A stretch of DNA of 63,382 nt, counting the filler, from Octopus bimaculoides (Eukaryota), in the NCBI RefSeq assembly GCF_001194135.2. It is 8 parts of 8 records of this genome, joined end to end, with 100 filler letters (N's around TTAATTAATTAA, not from the genome) between each part and the next. Parts side by side here need not be neighbours in the genome. Positions count along the whole stretch, not along the records: positions 10,114 to 18,915 come from NC_068983.1; positions 19,016 to 23,137 come from NC_068996.1; positions 23,238 to 36,119 come from NC_068984.1; 5 more parts are not named here. One strand, 5' to 3'. Positions within the stretch are counted from its first letter, which is position 1. Each line of letters opens with the position of its first letter. This document shows positions 11,691-24,399 of the stretch, piece after piece. The position numbers were made by a program, and so were the translations under genes. Below the pieces are notes generated by a model. The model had not been told where the DNA came from, ran no database searches, and worked only from the letters and a program-made list of their open reading frames with translations.

Positions 11691-12584
11691 TCGTGGTCTC
11701 AGCAATATGTACCCGGATTTTTACCATAGTAATGAAGCTAAAGCATTCAGATTAAAGCTTAGTGCGGATTGATCTTGAACTATTCTGTGCATGCGCACTA
11801 AGTTTTAAAATTCTTTCTCAATTGCCCTGTTTATAGTATTACTTGGAAGGAAGGTGTGTAAGAAGCGACTGTCGTGTTGAGCATGACAGACAAAGTAGAG
11901 CAGAGGTTCTGCATCAACTGTTGCAAAATGCTTAGCGATACCTGAGCAGAGGCCAACGCAAAGTTTTCAAAAAGTTTTCGAGGTTCTCGATACAATGAAG
12001 GAGATCTTGTGCAACTGAAACTCAAGTGACATTTTGGTCAGTTGAAAGCAATTTTGGCTCGAAATTGGCAGACACGTACCACCTACCAAAATCTGCGCTG
12101 ATTATGGTCTGAATTGAACCGTAACTAATCTGCACATACTCCGATCACTCACAGTTGGTAATTCGCCGATGTTCGTTCACAGCTGCGCGCACACCTGTGA
12201 TGTTTTTCTCAGTTCTGCTGGTTGTGCGTTCCCAAGAAAGTACGTCACTATTGAGATTTTTTCTCTGCTATCTTGGAAATGCCTGAATCACTTGTACAAT
12301 TGTGTGCGACTCATACACTCATCTCAATGCATTTTCTGCAACATTGCGTAGCATCTGATGACGTATCGTCATAACAACGTCCTTTGCCATGGCCAATGCG
12401 ACGATCACACGCTACACACCTTACTTCCAAGCATTGCTGTAAGCAGCGGAAGTGAGCTAGATCCTTAAATCTTAATTTGCATACACAGCACCGTTCAAGG
12501 TCAATGTGTGCCAAGCAGCATGACACTGCGTGTTTTGCTTCATTACTATGGCAACAGTCCGGATACTTGTTGGTCAGATCTCGC
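11691..12584. mobile_element. Non-autonomous mariner made of two inverted 5' ends
   Basis: The + arm has the TIR and MTDKVEQRFCI.. from ATG 11883. The - arm has the same TIR and leader plus decayed HTH coding sequence (..RTEKNITGVRAAVNEHRR..ISYGSIQTII..PKLLSTDQ..VAQDLLHCIEN). The arms meet near 11960-11978. Confidence 0.75.
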
Positions 12585-12750
12585 AGAAATGTACACATAC
12601 ACATTTGCTGAACTTTATACAAGTCCAGCACTCACTATATAATTTGACGTTGTATGTAAAATGTGGCTCGTCGGATAATTTTCTAGCACAACGTTCCCTA
12701 TTTGCCTTTTGTGATATCTAAATGTACTACTACTACTACTACTACTACTG

Positions 12751-12792
<42 letters not shown>

Positions 12793-13269
12793 CTACTACT
12801 TTTCCTCTTTCCCTCATTCTTAATTCATTGTCACTTTTGAAACTCAGCCATTGATACATTACTGAAAAGCGTCACAAACATATATAATCATAACTGGATT
12901 TTTGTGATGTATGATGACGAAGCTCATGGCAGAGGCTGTTATTTTCTCCTCTCTTTATATTTGGAAAGATGTATTATACGGCCTGTCATGTCCTTGTCAT
13001 ACTTTTTTTATTTAAAGTGTTATAGATTTTTATGTATCTTGCAGTTGTACAGAACAGCTATTTCCAACCTCAAGTATTTGGTAGTTTCACAGGAAATGTC
13101 ACATTCTTACTTACATGTTATTTCAGACATTTAAAAACTCTATTAGGTATACCTTGCATTTAATCTTGGCGTTTTTCCTTTCCCAACAATATTGATATAC
13201 AAAATTCGTACTCAAAGGCCTTATGAAAATGATAACAACCAAACCATTTTGAATGATTTTCTTGTATCA

Positions 13270-14279
13270 GAAGAAACTGGGTCGCCCTGCCGCAGAGGCT
13301 CCATGCAATATCAAGCGGGTCTTTCGTAATGGTTTTGATGGCATTAGAACTGTTCAGAGATGGTTCAATACCTCTCGTTGAGGAGAGGATAACCTTGAAA
13401 ATAAACCAAGGAGTAGGCCAAAATCAGTTATTCGGCATGATGGATTAGATGATTTGGTTGAAGAAAATCAGAGGACAAAGGTTCGTAAATTTTCATCAGA
13501 ACACCAAACATCTCGCACATCTGTGTTTGGACAGCTGTAAAAAATTGGAAAATTCGAGAAAACAAATAGGTTTGTTCTACATCATCTGAACGAGATTAAA
13601 ATATACATATGCCTCGAAGTGACCTTTTTATTGCTTTCTCGACCAGAAAAAGACCATTTTCACATCAAATCATTATTTGCGATGATAAATGGATACTGTT
13701 TAACAACAGCAGCGGAACGGGACAGATTAGATGCAGGACAGTCACCTAAACACTACCCAAACCCACCATTGTATACTAAAAAGTTAGTGGTCACTGTATG
13801 GTGGACTGCGAAGGGAGTTATTCACTATCGATTTTTGCAACAAGCTAAAACAGTAACATCGTAGTATTGCCAGAAAATTGATTGTATGCATGAGAATGTG
13901 AAGAAGATGCAACCCAGTCTAGTGAATTGAGGTGGCCCAATTTTGCTCCACGATAATGGACGTCATCACACTCTTAAAGCTACGGTCCAAAAGTTATAAA
14001 TTCTGAATTATGAGATTTTGCAACATCGTACCTATTCCTATGATATCTCTTCTATTGATCATAACTTATTTTGAGCTTTTCACAAGCAATAAAACATTTT
14101 ACAATATAGAAGTAAATATAGATGAATTTCTGTTTTGTTTTTCTTTTAAGGATGGAATATATGATATGTAGTAACGTTGGGTAAATGTCATAAAATAAAC
14201 ATAGATCGTACTTTGATTAAATAAATCAGTTCTCTAACACTTATTGTTACCTTTCAAAAACTACATTTCATGTCGAATA
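13270..14279 (+). mobile_element. Decayed mariner (DD34D, SETMAR/Mos1-like) transposase
   Basis: RTVQRWF, SPKHYPNPPLYTKKLVVTVWWTAKGVIHYRFL, PILLHDN and a YSYDISS.DH motif, with many stops and frameshifts. Confidence 0.85.
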
Positions 14280-14292
14280 TTTTGTGAAGTTT

Positions 14293-14703
14293 ACCACTAA
14301 GGGTGAATGCTACTGTAGCTAGTAGCCCCAGGAGAACACCTTCTCCAGTTGCCTATTGACATACATTCTGTGCCCTATATGTATTTGCAAAGGGAAGTCA
14401 TCATTCCCTTCGTTGACCTGACGTGATACGCATGGACCCAGGTTTCTGGGTTACCTTTCGTCAGCACACAACAATCGCCGGTCTTCGATGCGAAGGTTTC
14501 CAGATGCAAATACATATATATCCTTTTTCGAGTGATCTCGATCTCCAGTGATCACTGATCTCAAAAAAGAGCAAACAAGCAATAATATATCTCTGAACGA
14601 GTTATAAACAGTAGCTGCACGACAACGTGAAGTATATTTGCCACTTAATTGCGGCTAACCACTCAGGGTGAATGCTACTGTAGCTTGTAACCCCGGGGGA
14701 ACA
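14293..14703. repeat. 46-bp direct repeats (14293-14338, 14658-14703), period 365 bp
   Basis: accact(a/c)agggtgaatgctactgtagct(a/t)gta(g/a)cccc(a/g)gg(a/g)gaaca, 41/46 identical. Confidence 0.85.
14430..14469 (-). ncRNA. Candidate minimal type-I hammerhead ribozyme
   Basis: Minus strand reads GUGUG-CUGACGA-AAGGUAACCCA-GAAA-CCUGGG-UC-CAUGC: intact core, GUC cleavage triplet, 5-bp stem I, near-palindromic stem III, weak stem II. Confidence 0.6.
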
Positions 14704-16033
14704 ATCTATCCCCAATTAAGTGGATAATATACTTCACGTTGTCCTGCAGCTACTGTTTATAACTTGTTCAGAGATTTATTATTACCTAATATTTCGTTTT
14801 ATACAACTAAAATGTGCCGCGCTTCGCAATAAAAATATGCTTTCCCCTCTGGAAGATCTGTCCCATCAGATTATCAAGTATAAACACATGCATAAACAAA
14901 TAGACATACATAGATACACACATGCATAAACAAATGCCCGCATAAATACGCACCCACACGCATGCGTACACACAGCGCAAATATAATCTGAAGGATTTTA
15001 ATTTCTATCCTTCTCAACAGAATTAGTTGCATTAAATATTTTTATTTTCAGTGTTACCTATTTGGTTGCTAATGGTGATGCATCTACTAACTTCAACATT
15101 GATGTAGTTGTGCTTAATTTTGTGTTTGTGGTAGTTGCTTTTGTTGCTTTTCTGAATGTTATTTATTATTTACTTCACCCTTTCCCATTCGTAATTGTAG
15201 CAATATAATTTCGAATTTAGAGACATATCCTCCTGCTAGATGTTGTTCTATCGTTATTTTGAAATTACCTTATATCAGGATTTTCTTTTTGTTAAGGTTA
15301 CTACTGAAATCATTGCTATCTACTTCCCGAAATACTGTGTACCATTATGACAGTGACACTATCGATTTTGTTGCATTTGTATGCTTTCATTTTCCAGTTT
15401 TCCTTACCAAAACACATTTAAAATGGAAGAAAATAGTTGTTATTTTCTGCAAGTCAGGAGGGCAGGACAGATACTAGTAACGCAATGCAGTTCTACATTA
15501 CTTCAACTGTCATAAACATCATATAAAATGTTTGAAACACATTGTCAGATTCTATTGTTACGAAGGGACAGAAATGGTTATTGCTCCACTTTTAATCATA
15601 AAGGTGCCAATAGATATCAACACATTTCAATGACATTGGAGACAACAGCGGAAGGGAAAACAAAAACAAATGTCATGACGCTGAAAGATCACGCCGTTTG
15701 GTTGATGGAATAACGAATTAAGATTCAATATACAAATAACTAATATAACTAAAAGAAAACACAGCATTGACAACAACGACGATTATAATACTACTGCTAA
15801 TAATAATAATTTTGAGAGAAGTGGTTAGTCGAGATCATTGACCGAAGTAGTTGATCTAACAACCAGTAGTAAACTTGTATATATTGCGGCAAATGCTTTC
15901 AACAACTAAATTAGACTCAACATAATGAAGAAGTTAGATTTCTTTTTAATATTTAGCCATGTTAAAATGAAGTTATAGACTGCTGGCCAGTTTTCGAAAT
16001 AGCAGAACTGGGAATGTGTAACAAATATCCATA

Positions 16034-16445
16034 GGCGCAGGAGTGGCTGTGGTAAGTAGCTTGCATACCAACCGCATGGTTCCGGCTTCAGTCCCACTGC
16101 GTGGCACCTTGGGCAAGTGTCCTCTACTATAGTCTCGGGCCGACCAAAGCCTTGTGAGTGGATTTGGTAGACGGAAACTGAAAGAAGCCCGTCGTATATA
16201 TGTATATATATATATATATATGAATGTGTCTGAGTGTCTGTGTTTGATCCAAACTATCGCTTGACAACCGATGCCGGTGTGTTTACGTCCCTGTAACTTA
16301 GCAGTTCGGCAAAATATACCGATAGAATAAGTACTAGGCTTACGAAGAATAAGTCCTGGGGTCGATTTGCTCGACTAAAGGCGGTGCTCCAGCATGGCCG
16401 CAGTCAAATGACTGAAACAAGTAAAAGAGTAAAGAGTAAAAGAGT
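16034..16445 (+). mobile_element. SINE family A, full length, low divergence
   Basis: Complete head, core and tail, ending in (taaaagag)n. Confidence 0.92.
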
Positions 16446-16549
16446 AGGGCCATAAAACAACGCGTAACAGTCAAATGCAGCCGTCAATAAGCACAATGCC
16501 TGCTCCATTGAATGTGTTGTAATTTATTTCTCCCCCTGAATAATTATGA

Positions 16550-18430
16550 CATTACGTTCAAGGTAAATAGCTAGATCTACATCAAACAATGGCAGATTTT
16601 CGCCTGGTGTGATCAGCCAGGTGCAATTTTCAGTAGGTGTCAGAAAACGTTGCACCCCACGAACACAATCCCACAGCAACTCACTTTCATTGTGTAGGAT
16701 ATTCCCAACTCATTTATGACATGCAAATAACATTTTTTGTTATTTATTTATAGTCGATCCTCAGTATGGGGTGGCTACAATCAACGTTTTCCTCCGTAGT
16801 ATCGGTTGCTAGACTTCTAACTCTTGAGTCATTAAAGCTGCCCATATTTGCACGTTGATAAATCTGTAGCGCCACCCCCTAATCTATCGGGCTTGTCAGC
16901 ACGAATATCCTCTTTTGTGCAGCTACTTGGTAAGAGCAGGGTCCCAAATTTTTTCCAGTTTCAAGAGACGTCGCTACGAGGTACATTTGACGATTTCTTT
17001 CAAATGTCAGATAGTTTATGTGGGCAGATACAATGCGACTATTCATGTGATGTGAGATTAATGAAGCAAAATTTCACAAATTTTGAATCATTCGTTCATA
17101 GTCAGTGTGTGATTTAGTCGGCTCGACGACGTACATTTTTCATGACTCGAGTATTCGCAGTATGATCACACCGTGACCGGGCAGAAGTGAATATTTGAGT
17201 AGTTGGTTTCCTGTTTGTTGTTTTTGGATTAGCAATAATTTCTTTCCAGGATGGTAGTGATTTTTCATTTCTTTTTTTTTTTAATATGTCCAACTTGCGA
17301 TACAGCTTGCTTATAACGTTTCCCATTTGTTCGGCTTCTCTTTTATGCTAAATTGTTTCATGATGTTGATGTCTTTGTTGCCGATGTTGCTACAAAGTTG
17401 AAGATAGTGAAATTACAGCAGTTTTTCCTACGTTTGCGGACCAGAGATGGAAGTTTTTAGATGTCAGCATTAACATTCAACTGCTATGCAAATCCGCCAG
17501 CCGTTTATGCGGGTGAAGACTTCATGTATGTCACCCACGCATTGTTAGCATTTGTGAGTAGTTAGTTCTATTTAAGTACCAGAAAAAAATTCGCTTTCCA
17601 AGGCCATGCATAACAAGATAATTTTTTCATACTGTATTCCGCATATTACGACAACCACAGACAAATGGATTTCTACGCCTGCTATTTCCAGTGCAACTTT
17701 CGTTGTTATAACGCAAAGACTGACGTATGGTGGAATCAGATGCACATCGTCAATTTTTATGTTGAACTTCTAAGTTCAGCCTCCTTTCGTACGAAACATT
17801 TTATCGACTCTGTCAATACGCCTACCTCCAGGGATTTATGTTTTTTTTTTCTTTTTATTGCAATTTTTTTCAGTCATTTTATTATCTGAATCTGCACCTC
17901 TCGCCAACAATGCCTCGTCCAATGACCTGTTCATATTTATCTTTATTTCTCAATTTCCACTTGAATTAGTAGCGCTGCGTTTTGTTACATCATCCCTCCA
18001 TTCTTTGGGCAGTCATGTCTTGTCTGTCTTAGTTTATCTTCAGACAATAAAAGACAACAAATATTTACAGTATTATGTATACATTTGCCGCTTTCAACTC
18101 CATAAGTCGGTGAGCGACGGTGTTTATCGTTTTATTTGCATCACATTTTTACTGGTGAACGCAGACTACGTATTTCCTCCTATGTTCTCTTTGTGTTGTT
18201 TGTCACTGTTAAATTTGTCGTCCTTGATGACATTTGTAGCAGTATGATTTGTGGTAGCAGTGCTAATTTAGACTCTTCTAAAAGTTATTTCCTCTGTTGG
18301 TTTGGGAATCCATACTCCAGTAAAAGCTGTAATTATAAATTCCTCCCACCTGAAAGATTCATAAAAAAATTGGCCTCCATCGCACAACAATTTCATAAAA
18401 CTTCAGTGTGCTTTCACAAATATTCTTGAC
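16550..18430 (-). mobile_element. Possible highly decayed LINE 5' part (ORF1 and APE endonuclease start)
   Basis: Minus-strand remnant IRADKPDRLGGGA near 16870-16910 resembles the APE R.DR..R.GGGV motif. The rest is only suggestive. Confidence 0.3.
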
Positions 18431-18557
18431 TTCATAAACAAGATTTCACAACAAATGCAAAAATGTTATTCTTCCAAACAACATCCAATAACATGTTACT
18501 AAGTAAAATAATAATAATGAAAATAATAATAATTATAATAATAATAATAATAATAAT

Positions 18558-18915
18558 GTACCAATACCAGCAGATGACAACGTTTCTCTAAAAGAAATGG
18601 AAAAACTTTCAAAATACAAAGACCTGGAAATAGAGATAACTCGAATGTGGAATCTAAAAACAGAAACAATTCCTATCATAGTAAAGCCCCTTCATGGTAA
18701 ATACTGGGCTAAACTAAATGCAAAAGAAATAGACAGAGAAAAATCCCAGCAATGGCTGAGAAGCTCAGGACTGAAAGCAGAGACTGACAGATTTTTAATT
18801 GCTGCACAAGACCAGAGCCTCCCCACCAGAAATTACCAAAAACACATAATGAAAAGAAATATAACAAGTAACTGTAGAATATGTGGAGATGGACAAGAAA
18901 CAATAAATCATATTA
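18558..18915 (+). mobile_element. R4/Dong-clade LINE fragment (RLE end fused to upstream CCHC region)
   Basis: KEMEKLSKYKDLEIEITRMW..TIPIIV joined to KPLHGKY..WLRSSGLKAETD..IAAQDQSLPTRNY..CRICGDGQETINHI, preceded by (AAT)n. Confidence 0.85.
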
Positions 18916-19015
18916 NNNNNNNNNNNNNNNNNNNNNNNNNNNNNNNNNNNNNNNNNNNNTTAATTAATTAANNNNNNNNNNNNNNNNNNNNNNNNNNNNN
19001 NNNNNNNNNNNNNNN

Positions 19016-19064
<49 letters not shown>

Positions 19065-19760
19065 ATGTATGTATGTATGTATATATATGTATATGTATAT
19101 ATATAATATAGAATGGGACAAGAACACAAAACATCAATACAGTTAGGTGATACAAGAAAGGGACAAAACATCCAGATAAATGATAGAAAGAAAATACGGA
19201 CAGGTCATTCAGAGTTTTCTCTCTTCAATCGAGATCCAGATTATCTTTGCAATTTCGGCTGGCTATTCTCGATATTGCTCCAATCTGGCCAGCCCCAAGG
19301 AAAAACAAAGCTAAGAGCATTAGATTCCTTGGAAGAAAGCAGCGAATGTATACAAAAACAAGGACGAAAAAGAAATACAGTAGGAATAATACACAAATAC
19401 AGTAGGAATAATAACGGGACATAACAACAGATGTCTTTCGACTAAGGACGAATAAAATTAAGCTGGCGTGTATGGAAATAAGGCCTTACAGCCGGGATAC
19501 AAGATTTCACAGGTACAGGGAGGAATAATGATGTTGCACGCACAACGGCCGCCCAAGAGAGAAAGGTCAGGCTTGGCCGAACACCGGTCACGTGGGAAGA
19601 GAAGAAAGAGGTAGAGGCAGAGGGACAAAAGAATTAAGGATGGTCGACAAAAAATGACAGGGTCACAGTGAAGTGAAAAGTGAAGGGAGAAGAGAAGGCA
19701 AGGAAATGTAAGCAAGGGGGACCGAAAGAACGAACAGTGGAATGAACTATATATATATGT

Positions 19761-19797
19761 ATACGTATATTTGTCTGGCTGAACCTCTTTCACTCTC

Positions 19798-19860
<63 letters not shown>

Positions 19861-19933
19861 CAGCTTACGTACAACTTATATATATATACATATACAGAGA
19901 GTGAAAGAGGTTCAGCCAGACAAATATACGTAT
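19761..19933. repeat. Perfect 46-bp inverted repeat around (TA)n
   Basis: 19761-19806 is the exact reverse complement of 19888-19933. Confidence 0.9.
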
Positions 19934-20008
19934 ATATATAGAGAGAAATACATAGCTACGAACGCACGCTTAGGTAGGATGGAAAAGAGGGGAGGGGGAA
20001 CTTCCTGA

Positions 20009-20068
<60 letters not shown>

Positions 20069-20069
20069 G

Positions 20070-22975
20070 CAACACCTACATATCGCTTGAGAAATCACAA
20101 CTAGATCTCATTATGCAAACAAACGGTTGCATAATCAAATACCTCTATTCTTGGAGAACCACGTTGCGTCGAAACAATTGTAGCGATTAAAAATAACTGT
20201 CCAACTGTACTCCTTGTTGATTCCAATTTCTTCAATTTTATATTCACACACGACGAATGTCTGAACGCAAACTTGGAAGTAGATAATAATACTACCGGAT
20301 AGTTCTGGGTAATTCTGGAGGTGGACGAGCTTTATACTGTACTCTACCACATTCCTAATGGAATATGCCATAACTAACACTGACAAAAGCCAGGTAACCG
20401 CTCATAGTCGCCTTTTACATTAGAGTACTACGGAGTGTCAAAAAATGGAGAAACTAAATCTAGAATTCTCACTAAAAGACATCCCCATACCAACCAAAAA
20501 TGAATATTTCAAACAACTAACAGCCAGCACAAGCTCATTCATAAGATGGATGAGATGGAAAGCATTCTTCTGCAAGAAAAACAGCACATAGGAACACCAG
20601 AAGGATATAAACGCACTCAAGAAAGTATTTAAATCTTCAAGAAACCCACCAACAACTCAACACTTAACACAATTCGAGGAAGAACTATACAAAATAATAC
20701 AGAACAACAAATTCAGAAAATGACCAACAATGAAAAACGAACACCAGCAGAAATTGAAAAAAATACTGGAGGTTTTTAAAGACGCAAACGGAATAATTGT
20801 ACCCGCGAACAAAACCGGTAATCTTTATATTGTAGATGCCGCATTATATAGTAGTTTAATCAAAAAAGGACATGCTCAGCAAATACAAGCATACACCCAG
20901 CAACACCCTAATTAATATAATCAACAAAGGATTAGAAATAGCAAAATTCTAGGGATAGACGATAGGACTGAACCATATGCCCAAAGAAAACTTAAGACAA
21001 TAAAAATAACTTCGATAGTGTCCCTAAAGTAAGATTAATATGCCCATCAAAATCGGACATTGGACGTATAAGTAAAAACATCATGGATAAAATAATACCC
21101 GAACTAAAAACTAAGATTGGACTTTGTTTAAGGTCGGACACTCGGGAAGTTACACGATGGTTTATGAAAACAGAAAAACAAAAGACTCCAAATTTATACA
21201 ATTAGATATAGATAGCTACTACTCCACATCTAACCCTATAATACTAAATAAAGCACTCATATTCGCAATGAAAAATTCTAGCTTATCCAAGTTAAATGTA
21301 GACATACTATTAACAGCTCGTCAAACCGTTATTAATTACGATAACAAACTATGGACGAGATCAGATAGAGCTAATTCTTTTGATATAACAATGGGATGGA
21401 GCGACGCAGCTCAGGTAACGGATATCGTTGGAATCCACCTCTTATTCCACATTAAATCTGAATTCCCACAAATAATAGATGGAGTTTATACAGAGGCGAT
21501 GCTCTTTCCTAATCAAAAACTGTGCTAAAGTAGAAATAAAAAGATATAGGAAAAAACTCCATAAATTATTTAAAAATTTCGACCTCTCTATAACCATAGA
21601 TTTTAATTACCGTAAGGTAAACTTCCTAGATGCAACATTTAACTTAGAAACAGGTTTGTACGAACCAAATCACAAGCCGAATGAGTGTTTTTAAGATACA
21701 TAAATGTGAAGTTCAATCATCCACCATCCATAATCAAAGGAATAGTTAGGAATTTAGCCACCAGAATATCACAACTATTAGCCGCAGAGGAAATATCTAA
21801 CACACGTGCACCAGACTACAATGAAGCACTAACTAGGGCCGGGTGTAAAGAAAAATCAAGTTCGCACCCAACGAAACCCCAAATAGCACTAACACACACA
21901 CCTAAGGTAGAATATACAAACGCATAGCTATAAAAATGCAACAAACGCATAGCTATAAAAACGCAACAAACGCATAGCTATAAAAACGCAAAAGCCCGAG
22001 AAACAACAGAAAGATAGGAGGAAAATAAACGTAACCCAAGAGAGTAGCAATAATTAGAAAACAGACACGCAAAATGACAAGTTGAAAATAGGCAGAAAGA
22101 ACCAAACAAAAGATGCAAAAATTCAGATATCCTATGGTATAATCTAATTTTCGGACTGCAAATATCATCCAAGACAGGAAAGCAATTCCTTAGAGCATTA
22201 AATAGTTGCTTCCCTAAAACACAAAACCATCGTACCAATAGGCATACAGTGAAAATATCTAATAATATGGAGTACTACATACATAAATATAAAAACAGGA
22301 AAATAAACATGCAAACAACGTCTACAGACAATGAACAAACAGATCAAAGCAACACGGGATATAAGACCAGTAACAAAAATCAACAAAACAAAGATAAAAA
22401 AAAACTTAGATAGCGTCAATGACGGTTGCGATAAGATGAACGCAAAAACTCAAAAAGGAATCAGCAAAAAAGAATACAACATCAGGAACGCTTCAGACAC
22501 TGACAATCAAACAGAACATTACAAAATCAAAAAGTCACCAAATGAATACGAAAATAATAATAGAACAAACAATTGCACTTGCTGCAAGAAATCAGCATGC
22601 CCACTCATGAACCAATGTGTTCAAAAAAACATAATATACAAATGCACAATTACCACACCACAACACAAATACGTATACATAGGTGCCTCAGAAAACAAAT
22701 TTATGGTTCGTTATCGCAACCATATCTCGCCATTCCGAAAGGTAAACAGAGGACACGCAACTTCACTAGCAGACCTAGCATGGAGACTGAAGGAAGGAAA
22801 AGTTAAATACCGAATGGCATAGTCAATAACAAAAAATACACACCTATGTAATACGCTATCCGGCACATGCAACCTTTGCCTTGAAGAAGCCTGAGTAATG
22901 AAAAGTTGGTAAACAAGCATGCTGAGAAAATTCCGAGTGAGCCCACCGTGCCAAATATGCATTTTCTAGATTAGA
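20070..22975 (+). mobile_element. Near-full-length decayed Penelope-like element (RT plus C-terminal GIY-YIG)
   Basis: ATG 20445 MEKLNLEFSLKDIPIP..RWKAFF; ANKTGNLY; RLICPSKSDIGRISK; FIQLDIDSYY; FDITMG; VNFLDATFNL; NHPPSIIK; then CTCCKKSACPL..C..IIYKC..YVYIGASENKF..RYRNH and CNLCLEE. Many stops and frameshifts. Confidence 0.9.
20082..20187 (+). ncRNA. Degenerate type-I hammerhead in the leader of a Penelope-like element
   Basis: AUCGC-uUGAGaA-aucacaac...guugcguc-GAAA-CAAUUG-UA-GCGAU: stem I AUCGC/GCGAU, palindromic ACAAUUGU stem III, two core mismatches. Confidence 0.45.
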
Positions 22976-23074
22976 TACTGTGAAATGGTAGTAGTAATAA
23001 TAATAATAATTCAGGGTGTCTCCACCCACCCTCCTGTCTTTTCCATCCTACCTAAGTGTCCGTTTGTAGCGGTG

Positions 23075-23137
<63 letters not shown>

Positions 23138-23290
23138 NNNNNNNNNNNNNNNNNNNNNNNNNNNNNNNNNNNNNNNNNNNNTTAATTAATTAANNNNNNN
23201 NNNNNNNNNNNNNNNNNNNNNNNNNNNNNNNNNNNNNTGATGATATGCATATATATATAAATATACATATTATGTATATATTTATATATA

Positions 23291-23349
<59 letters not shown>

Positions 23350-23437
23350 TATATTATTATTTGATTGAATGCCATGCATCCATTTCCAAGTAAGTTTATT
23401 TCTATATATAATATGTATATATATATATATATACATC

Positions 23438-24318
23438 CAGGGTGGTATGGGTAAATTGTCACCATTTTATATTTTTAATTTCGCGCATGTGCATTGTTTG
23501 TTTTTGATCTTGTTGACTACACAGTACAGTAGGGTCAGTTGGGCACCGTCTGTGAGTAAAACAGCACCGTGACACAATTCACTCTGACGGAAATTTGGAA
23601 ATGACATGCTGTACTACTTGGCATTCATGTTGGAAGCTCCAATACGAACATTTCAGAGTGTTTGGGTGTTGATCTGAGGATAGTGCATGTACCGAGAGTG
23701 ATAAAAATCAAATATCCTGTCAACATCATGATGTTTGGAGTGATCACTAGTGATGGCAACGTTATGCCTCCATTCATCTTCCCACATAGCCTCAGACTCA
23801 ATATGGAGGCCTACATCAAATGCCAGGAGGAGGTAGTGCTGCCCTGAGTCAAGAAGATGGCTACTGGAAGACCCTATGTCTGGCAACAGGAGTCTGTATC
23901 ATGCCACACAAGCAGGAGAACCCAGTCATGGCTGTCTGACAAATTTCTGCAACCACATCTCCCTTAACATCTGGCCACCTAAATCCCCAGACTGCAACCC
24001 CCTTCATTATTATATGTGGGGTACAGCTGAGCAAGAGACCAACAAAACTCCTTGTAACACCAAAGATGAACTGAAGGCAAGTATTATGGCAGCATTCACC
24101 AACTTAAACAAGGAAATTGTCCAGAAGAGTTGCAGGAAATTCCAAAGTCATCTGAAGGCCGTGGTTGATGCCAATGGCGATTTTATTGAATAAATTTACT
24201 CTTTTGTATTTCAAGATATTTTTTATGCAATTTTGGTAAATATATTTGTTAAAATAAGATGTCAGTGTTATTTTCATTTTTGCGTAATTTAGATGACATT
24301 TTATTCACTGCGACCAGT
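23438..24318 (+). mobile_element. Internally deleted DD37D (maT/Bmmar1-like) Tc1/mariner element, copy 1
   Basis: KYPVNIMMFGVITSDGNVMPPFIFP..YVWQQ(E)..WPPKSPDCNPL(H)YYMW, with 37 residues between the second and third catalytic positions. TIRs cagggtg..gggtaaattgtc / gacattttattcac. Confidence 0.85.

Positions 24319-24319
<1 letters not shown>

Positions 24320-24399
<80 letters not shown>

Noticed and set aside
19245-19302. Minus-strand 7-bp stem (ggctggc/gccagcc) followed by GAAA-UUGCAA, hammerhead-like
   Set aside because: There is no CUGANGA, no U16.1 after the palindrome and no stem I. At best a very decayed remnant.
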